Positions 55,626 through 64,000 of a DNA stretch of 64,000 bases are shown piece by piece. The notes below the pieces were generated by a model that did not search any database, was not told the origin of the DNA, and saw only the letters and a list, made by a program, of their open reading frames with translations. How positions within the stretch are numbered: the first letter of the stretch is position 1; the number at the start of each line of letters is the position of its first letter. Both the position numbers and the translations under genes were made by a program. The stretch comes from Eledone cirrhosa (lineage: Eukaryota), in the NCBI GenBank assembly GCA_964016885.1, contig OZ024756.1:35774001-35838000 (forward strand). Reading direction: 5' to 3'.

Positions 55626-55650
55626 GGGAAATTCCTTTCGGCTATAAATA
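55626..55650 (+). promoter_or_regulatory. Candidate promoter: kB site plus TATA box, flanked by TGACGT sites
   Basis: GGGAAATTCC at 55626-55635 fits GGGRNNYYCC; TATAAATA at 55643-55650; TGACGT at 55593 and 55662; about 230 bp upstream of the CARD ATG. Confidence 0.55.
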
Positions 55651-55880
55651 TATAATTGTAATGACGTGTGTTTATAGTTTAGATAATAACGAGGTGAAGG
55701 GCTGAATTTTCTATTTGCAAAGTTGACTTAACGTAGACAAGAAGCAGTGTTATATGAAATATTATCTGAACTGAATCAGTATCCTACTGAGCGTTACACT
55801 AACAACAACAGAAATACAAGTTGTCAGGCGATGTTATAGGAAACATTACCCAGAGTTATTCGATGTGATAATTAGAAGTA

Positions 55881-56301
55881 ATGTCGTTAATAATGGATGA
55901 TTTGATAGTCAACACTATACTGAAATGTCGGATTTATCTCCTGAAAAATATCGACTATTCGTGTTTGAGAGATTTCCTCATACAAGAACAAGTCTTAACA
56001 AAGAGTGAAATAGAAACGATCGATGCCAAGTCAGATCGCAAATCCCGGATAAGAGAAATACTCGATGTAATCCCACGTCGCTCTGACGAAGTTTTTATAT
56101 CGTTCATCAAGTCTCTCAATTTTTCTAAACAGCAACATATTAGCCAACATATAGTGGATGTTTTCCAAGAATTTTATACAAAAAAAGGCTCTTTGAAAAA
56201 AAATGAATATATTAACGGTTGCCTACTTAAAATGAATTCATCTTCAAAAGAAGAAATGCAATCGGATGATGAGGAAAGTTTAGAACTCAAGATTAAAAGA
56301 G
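55881..56301 (+). CDS. CARD-RING protein exon 1 (CARD paralogous to the neighbouring caspase)
   Basis: Gapless alignment to the caspase CARD, 47/83 identities by manual count; ends AGA G|gtttgt, a phase-1 donor. Confidence 0.82.
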
Positions 56302-56464
56302 GTTTGTTTTTTTATTTTTATTATAAATAAACAACGATTTACAGAAGAAGAAAAACCCCAGCGTTCTACATTGTATTTCTTGTGTCATAATTCTGAAAAT
56401 CTAAATGATTTCACTTTCAGTTGACTGTTGTGATGTGATAGTCGCACTTGGTGGTGAATTAATC
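56301..56464 (+). pseudogene. Decayed caspase large-subunit coding remnant at the 5' end of the CARD-RING intron
   Basis: Five collinear blocks match caspase 47343-47619, including TGTCATAATTCTGAAAATCTAAATG (56383-56407) vs TGTCATAAGTCTGAAAATCTAAATG (47457-47481), 24/25 identical. Confidence 0.8.
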
Positions 56465-56714
56465 ATGTTTTGTTTTTTTGTTGTTTCTCTTTTTATTTAT
56501 TTATTTTTTCTTTCTCTCGCTCTGGTCGTATATTGTGTTATATATGTGTGAGGTTCCTAGCAGTAGTTAATTGTATTTATTGTATGATTATATTTTCATT
56601 CTGAAAGAAGTGTGAACAATTTATAATGTTATTTATACAACTGTGAATAAAATTTAAACTAAGATCTCAATAGTAAAAAAGAAAAACAAATATTTAGTTG
56701 GGTTTCCCGTTATT

Positions 56715-57110
56715 CACTCTCGTGAACTCTTTCGGCCTCCACCCGCTTTCCTGTCGCCACAGTGCCGGCCGCCTTTCACGCCATGCTGCCCTCAACGAGG
56801 TCATAAAGCATGGCTTGGACACTGCAGGCTTCCCTTCCCAGCTCGAGCCGGTGGGGCTGGACCGAGGGGACGGCAAAATACCGGTCGCTCTCCGACAGGT
56901 TTGCGGTTGTACCCTTTGCAGTGGAGACTTCTGGTGTCCTCGGCCCCTAGGGCTACCTCCCTACTCACCACCATAGGCAGTGAGCTGGCCAGTCGCAGGT
57001 GTGAGCCTTGCGAGCTGGAATGGATTTTCCAGCGCGTCTCCCTTGCCGTCTTCCAGGGAAACGCCTTCTCTATTCTGTCCGCCGTGGTTGTGGGGAGGCC
57101 ACCAATATGA
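56715..57110 (+). mobile_element. CRE-like (RLE) non-LTR retrotransposon 3' fragment inside the CARD-RING intron
   Basis: GC-rich island translating [46 protein letters not shown] and WIFQRVSLAVFQGNAFSIL. Confidence 0.75.
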
Positions 57111-57819
57111 TTGACTGACTTGTCATGTTATCAGTCAGATGTTATATGTATATAGGTAAAGGCGGCCGAGATAGACGGATTGGAACAGTATCTCTTGTCA
57201 CCCTTTTTGAAAATTGGGATTATCACTCCCCACTAACTTATTTGGGGGATGGTTATTGGTTAGAGCGTCCGTCTTACAATCGTAAGGTTGCTACTTCGAT
57301 TCTCGGGTCGCGCTTTGCTTTGTGTTCTTGAGCAAAACATTTTATTTCATGTTGCTCCAGTTTACTCAGCTATAGAAATGAATTGCGACGTCACTGGTGC
57401 CAAGCTGTATCGGCCTTTTTCATGCTGGCATGGGTTAGACGATTTTGAACTATGGTAGGTCAGGTGACCATGTCTTGCTCATACAGAACTGATTTGGGCT
57501 AGGTTTCTACGTCTGGATGCACTTCCTAGTGCCAACTTCATTTACAATGAGTCCTGGGTGCTTTTTGTCGTGATACCTACACGACCACTTTATAGTGTAG
57601 ACTGGGTGATTTTTGTCGTATTGCCATCATGACCACTTTACAGTGTGGGCTGGGTGCTTTTTGTTGTGGCACCTACACGACCACTTTAGAGTGTGTTAGT
57701 CTTTTATTTATTGACTCTCTGCAGAATATTGCTTTGCTGCAGTTTTCTTATGAATTGTTTGAAATTAAGATTTCTAACTAAATATACTGACATATACAAT
57801 TGTATATTTATCATTTCAG

Positions 57820-57983
57820 ATGAGAACGAAGATGTGAATCGCCTATGTCTAATTTGTAGTGAGAAATATGTCAACATAGCCTTTATGTGTGGACATTGCG
57901 TTTGTGATGTGTGTGCAAAGAAGATGATTGTGTGCCATCTCTGTAGGAAAAATATTAACGAAAAGATACCTCTTTATTTCTAA
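57820..57983 (+). CDS. CARD-RING protein exon 2 (C3HC4 RING, Mind bomb/IAP-like C-terminal type)
   Basis: catttcag acceptor, phase 1, in frame with exon 1: (D)ENEDVNRLCLICSEKYVNIAFMCGHCVCDVCAKKMIVCHLCRKNINEKIPLYF*; all eight Zn ligands present. Spliced product 194 aa. Confidence 0.8.
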
Positions 57984-59686
57984 TGAGCAATTTTTTTTAA
58001 ATATTTACTTCTCCATCCACAGATTGATATTCCTGTTTCAGATTATCATCATTATTTAACGTCCATTGTCACTGTTAACAAGGGTTGTATGGGTGTTCAC
58101 AAACCAAATCAGTAAATTAATCAGAGCTAGGCACCATTCAGACAGGCTTGAGTCTAATGTCTCGCTTACATACGTTCCTGCATTCTACAGAGTCTACTAT
58201 TGTACATTTTATCATGACAATACCATTAGAAAGGTTGTCATGTCTTTGACTCAACTGAAGAGTCCTCACAACCCTTTCTTTTGCAAGTTTTCTATGCTTG
58301 GATTCCTTTTCAATTGCCAACCACCTTACAGAGTGTACTTGGTGCATTTTTTGTGGCACCAACACTAGAGAGACTGGAGGTTCCTCTCTTTTTTTTGGCA
58401 TGGTTTCTACAGCTGGATGCTCTTCCTAACATTAACTACTTTACAGAGTGTATTAGATGCATTTTATCATGGAATCATAACTAGGGCAGTTGTTGATCAT
58501 AGACTGTACCAAAAGGTCCTCCCTACTCTATGGTGGGAGGTAAGGAAGATGATTTCATTGGTAAATGACAAGGTGATCAAAGAAGGGGTCTGATGAAGTT
58601 TAACAGGGTGAACAGAGGGAGGAAGGGATGAGGTGTTCAGTGGGGGGGTCATGTCATATTCTTCTGAGAGAAAAGCCATTTGTTGTCAGCAGAAATAGTA
58701 TCTCCCTCAACTGCTTTCAGTCCATTCTTATTTTGGCTACCACACTTTAAGAGCATCCTCCCTCACTGCTGATTAGATCACCTAGGTAACAAAAAATGTC
58801 AACAACTATGGAGCCTGCTGAGCAATTGAGGGAATCTATTTGACATGTGCTCATAGTGTATACTGCTCTTGTGTATCTACTGCATATAAAGTTTATCTTC
58901 TCTACCTATAATCCCACTTCATCCTTTGTACATCCATTGATTACACTCTGTTCACCTTATAGAGATTCTGCCCACTCCTTTCTGACATATCAAACAAAGT
59001 CACTTCCCTGGCAGTATCAGGATCTTGTCTTCTTTCCCTACTTATAAAGACTTTAGTTATCGTTAAGTTTAGGTTTGTCTTGAATTATGATTCTAACTCT
59101 TCTACTGATTCAGCATTCAACTGTAGAAACCATGCCAAACAAAGAGCAGAAAGGAGTCTTTAGTTGTGTCAAAGTCATGATGACTACCCCAACATTGGTG
59201 CCATGACGAAATTCACAGTGCACTCTGTAAAGTGCAAGAGCATATGTAAGTGAGATGCAGGCCCCATCCTATCTGAGAGATCAGTAGCTCTAATTAAGTA
59301 CTTTAAATATCACCAACTGTAATTTATTGATTTTCTCCAATCTTTTGATGTTATTATAACTTGAGCATAGTGGATTGGCAGTATCAGTAGAGGGTCGGAC
59401 GCCATGCTTTGCAACAAAGAGTTACGGCCCTTTATGGTCTGAGTTCAAATCCCGCTGAGTTAACTTTGCCTTTCATCCTTACAGAATCGATAAAATAAAG
59501 TACCAGTAATACACTGGGATAATTTTGAGCCTTGTGCCAAAAGTAGAAACAATTATAACTCTTGTAGCGTGCTAATTTCACTGTGTTGAATTAGCAATAG
59601 AAATATTTTTATTAATGTAAATAAATGTTATTGAGAAACACCTGTTCTTTTTTGTCATTCTTTATATCACTGGTGAAAACCATTTA

Positions 59687-60936
59687 CTAGGGTCGGCTGA
59701 AAAGTTCCCCGGCTGACCAAGATACTCTCATGGAACGTGACCCAATGAGGTTTATTTTTCAACATAGTCCCCCTTGTGGTCAACACACTTCTTCCATCAG
59801 TGTTGCTGTGCTTGGATCCCATTGGTGAAGAAGCTTTTATCCTGTTGGTCAAAAAAGGTCATCAACAGCAGATATGACATCATCATTACTGAAACACTGG
59901 TTCCCAGCCAGGTGTTTTTTCATGTTTGGGAACAGATGGGGCCAAATCAGGAGAATAGGGAGAGTGGTCAGCCAGTTCAAAGCCATAGTCATGCACAGCA
60001 GCCATTGAAACCAAGGACTTGTGTGCTGGAACAGTGTCCTGATGCGACAAGACCCCTTTCCTCAGTTTCCCTAGCCTTTCATAATTGCCTCAGCAAGTCA
60101 GCATAATACTCTCATCGTGTGGCCTTTTTGAAGATTGTCAATAGCACAATGTCTTTTGCATCCCCAAAAAACTGAGGCCATCACCTTCCCTGCAGATGAA
60201 ACAACCTTGGCCTTCTTTGGAGCAGGTGAGGAGGCATGATTCCAGTGCATGAATTGTCTCTGGCTCAAAGTGATGAACCCAACACTCATCCTGGGTTGGG
60301 AAACGTTCAAGGAAACCAGATGAATCTGCCTCAAACAATGTCAGATTTTCTTGTGATGTAATCAGCTTGGTGCACTTTTGATGGGTGTCAGACAGTGTGG
60401 CACCCACTGAGCAGAAACCTTATCATGTCAAGTTCATTGTGCAGAATATTCTCAATGCTAATAACATTGGCTATTTGATTTTATAGTCAATCATCTGCCA
60501 TCCATCACCATGTGGTGAACACACTGAATGTTTTCCTCAGTGGTGGCAGTTGCATGATGTCCAGACCCTGAGTCATTTTCAAGACTCTGGCTTCTTCTAA
60601 ATTCATCTGTTCACTTTTGCACTGTTGATAAAGCTGGAGCGTCATCCCCCATGTCAGCATTAATGGCTAAACCCCTTGTCTGCAGATAATTGATATCTTC
60701 AAGACTCTCCCTTCCCCTCCTAATGTATGTCCTTGGGAACTAAACCCATTTTCTGCAGACACTTGATAACACCATGATGCCAAATTTTGTCCATTTTCAA
60801 GAAAAGTCACTACCGGTTACTTTGAAAGTCTTCTTTGTACAGCCAAATATCAGTTTACCTGGAAAGAGTTGAAATTAATGTATGCAAGATTTCCCAACGC
60901 TAGCATTCACTCCTTCATAATCAGCCTATGAGCTTT
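59687..60936 (-). mobile_element. Decayed Tc1/mariner transposon
   Basis: TA followed by TIR CTAGGGTCGGCTGAAAAGTTC; minus-strand motifs WVPH, TQDECWVHHFEPET, PKKAKVVSSAGKVMASVFW, YSPDLAP; frameshifted. Confidence 0.88.
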
Positions 60937-61199
60937 AAACTGGTTTCACTCAGCAGACGACAGTTGACTACTTAAGCCTGATATTGCTTATCTCCCTTTC
61001 GACTATATTTGAACCAAATATCTGCACACACGCATTTATCTTCCAATGACCAGGTTTACTTTCAAAATTATCCGAGCTTTGTCGTTCAATTACTCGTACG
61101 TTATAAATCGATTCGTGTACATATAGAGATGGTTATGACTAGACATTGAAACAAAGTTAGCGCTTTCCTATTCTGTGTGTGAACATAAACAAAGAATAT

Positions 61200-61660
61200 A
61201 TATATAATTGAATATAAAAGAGAGATAAACCCAGATAGATACATATGTGTTGAAATCGTAAGGGACCAGATTGCCCCAATATCGGTTTGTATTTATTTTA
61301 TTTATTTATTCTTTTAAATTGAGTCTGGCAAACCCTATTGTTCATAGTTAGTATTTTTTTCACCCAAGTGAATCTGGTCCCTTATGATTTGAACACATAT
61401 ATGTATATATCTGTGTTTATCTCTCTTTTATATTCAATTAGGGCTAAATGCCGCTTACTTGCTGTAGTTGCTGCTTACTTCAATGTATGAGTGGTCAACA
61501 GACAACTAGAACTTGAACAGAAAAAACAGAAATACACACACAGATATATATATATATATATTATCAAAGGTATATTTTGAGTTAGAAACTCAAAATAGTC
61601 TCTTACAATTAAATAGCTCAAGGAAAGATTTTTTCCGGGCCGTATAATATAATTGAATAA
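61200..61660. repeat. Rearranged direct and inverted pieces of a dispersed repeat also present at ~38175-38400
   Basis: 61306-61440 is a direct match to 38175-38310; 61200-61270 and 61561-61657 are inverted matches to parts of the same unit. Confidence 0.75.
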
Positions 61661-61738
61661 TGGTTATCACCGAAATATATATTGCAGCGAATATGAATAA
61701 ACGAAGTTAATTTTAACATGTTGACTTACAACTCTTAT

Positions 61739-61779
<41 letters not shown>

Positions 61780-62595
61780 ATATTTGTAAATCGAACTTCA
61801 GCTGCAGTACAACACATACAATTCGATTTGTTTTGAAGCAATCACAGAACACTCAATGGATCGAAAGTTAAAAACAAACATTAAGTCCAGAGTTAAACAC
61901 CGTAGTTATAAAGTGTGACACCAAGAGAACCGACCGAAGGCACAAACTATACATACAACAAAATAACGATGTATACAAAAAGGTATATATATATATATAT
62001 ACACACACACAAACTCATTGCTAGAACAGCCGTTAAAACACCCAAATGCCGTCAAAGAAAGCGATGTATTCAACTCTTTTCGCAATTCTGCCAGCTATAA
62101 CCATGAAGTAACATCTATCTGCCGTTTTGCACTTCAGAAAGACAGAACTATTCTGATATTGAAATTTGTAGAGTAAAATTAAAGAAATAAGATAAGTTTA
62201 TGCCATTTTATTTATTCCAATGAAAAATATTTGTAAATTTTGCTTCTTTCGGGAATTCTTGAGAAATTAGTTACAACTTTGTCCTTCCATAGGTATTGGT
62301 GTTTACTTATTGAGACACGTTAGTTATATATGACAAATGTTAGGAATTAACAGCAACAATTGATGCATATCATTTGATTTCTAACTGAGTTGAAATCGAT
62401 TAAAGGGATCTTGTATTATTAACCCGACCTTGTGCCAAATGTAGAAACAATTATTAACCCGTCCTTCTCCTAAAGGAATATATATATAATCGACATTAGC
62501 GGGATCTGAACTCAGAACGTAAAGAGACGTAACTATATGCCGCAAAGCATGCTGTCCGACGCTCTACCATGTCCCAAATAGGATTACACCACAAA

Positions 62596-62645
<50 letters not shown>

Positions 62646-63449
62646 TTGTTAATTTCGAACCTCTTAGAAATAAATATATATACTGTATATATTTTTTTAA
62701 CGCTAAATTATTAATAACAATATACCGTGTTTGCCGGCCTATTGGACGCCCCCCCCCCCCTTCTTTTATTATATTTTACGTTATATTTTGATGTTTATAA
62801 GCATTTTTATGGACCACGTCCAATATGTTTCACTCTTCGCGGGTGCTCTAGGAACGTAATCTACGCGAATACCGGGGGACAACTTTGTGTGTGTATATAT
62901 ATATATATATATAATATATATATATATATATAATATCTATATATATATAATATCTATATATATATAATCGACCTTAGCGGGATTTGAACTCAGAACGTAA
63001 AGAACCGTTACCAAAATTCCGCAAGATATTTTGTTCCGACTGTCCTGTATAATAGTAGGCCTACTATGTTAGTAAAACCGGAAAGAAAAAAAAAGTAAAG
63101 TGTGAAGTTTGTCTCGCTATAACGAGAAATGAAGGTGGGTGAAGGAAGTTAACTGAGAAAGGAAATTCCATGTATGGCAACGTTTTGTTGAATGTGAGGA
63201 GGTGTAGGCGAGAAAGTTGCCTGACTAGTTGTTTTTCACTGCTAGAGCAGACAATACAGACACTCTTCTCTCTCTTATACAATTATTTATCTCGCACACA
63301 ACAATAACACTCCTATAATTCTCCCCTCACACCCTAAACAACACTAAGTTCTCATAATCAGAACGTGTTCGTTAACTTTCAAAGTCAGGCTGACGGAGAG
63401 AGTAAGAGACAGACAGACAGACACATACAGTCATGCCACACGTTACGAT

Positions 63450-63890
63450 GTTGGCCCATCTTGGATTTTACCTGGTACTGCTTCCTACATTCTTGTTTGC
63501 AGATGTCCCAGTATGGCGATCGGACAACTATCCTCACCCAAGAAATCAGTTTGTCTTGTGTAAACAAAACAAACCGGAATGGTTGTGTGACCCAGATGGC
63601 CTACTTGACGACAACGCGAAAAAAATGCTTAACTTGGAGCTGGAAGAAATGAACGCTAAGTACACTCTGTGTCCTTGTAGTGCCTGGGTTTGTGAGAGCA
63701 ACTCTGGCGGATACTATACTTCTGTTATTCTGGCCAAGAAGATTGAAACAGGCACCAATACCAGTCAGGCTGCAATACTGCATAATGCCATTAACTTTGT
63801 ATCTTCGCTCGACCTACGCTGGTCATTCGACGAAGAACGATGCCAAGAAGGAGTCATTTTATTCTACTCCAGAGATGACGATACTTTACT
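63450..63890 (+). mobile_element. Possible degenerate LINE APE-endonuclease fragment
   Basis: More GC-rich; STYAGHSTKNDAKKESFYS resembles the S-x-Y-A-P-T...KE-x-FY motif of RTE-type endonucleases. Weak. Confidence 0.35.
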
Positions 63891-64000
63891 GACATACAGT
63901 GGTAAAACGGCGCGCAAAGTTCTCACCCCTGAACTAATCCGTGAGATAACAAACCATGCCGGACAACATTTCCTGCCTAACGAAGATATGTCTGTGGGTC

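Overview
AT-rich eukaryotic genomic DNA, most likely an octopod cephalopod (inferred from the squid-like Nav2 sequence, the repeat content and the multi-kb (TA)n arrays). Four genes are supported. (1) The last four coding exons of a Nav2 (DSC1/NaCP60E-type) voltage-gated channel, + strand, 4405-10540. (2) A single-exon 14-finger C2H2 zinc-finger gene, - strand, 41240-43147. (3) An intronless CARD-caspase with an atypical QCCRD active site, + strand, 46779-48041. (4) A two-exon CARD-RING gene, + strand, 55881-56301 joined to 57820-57983. The main result is that gene 4 looks like a tandem duplicate of gene 3: its protease-coding DNA decayed and became an intron at a cryptic GT donor, and a Mind-bomb-like RING exon is spliced on in frame, behind a kB-site/TATA promoter. 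This suggests a caspase paired with its own decoy-CARD E3 ligase. The rest is about 17 kb of TA-type microsatellite, minisatellites, a decayed Penelope-like element with hammerhead motifs, further hammerhead-like and fold-back islands, Merlin and mariner relics, LINE fragments and SINEs. All splicing and function statements are predictions from sequence alone.
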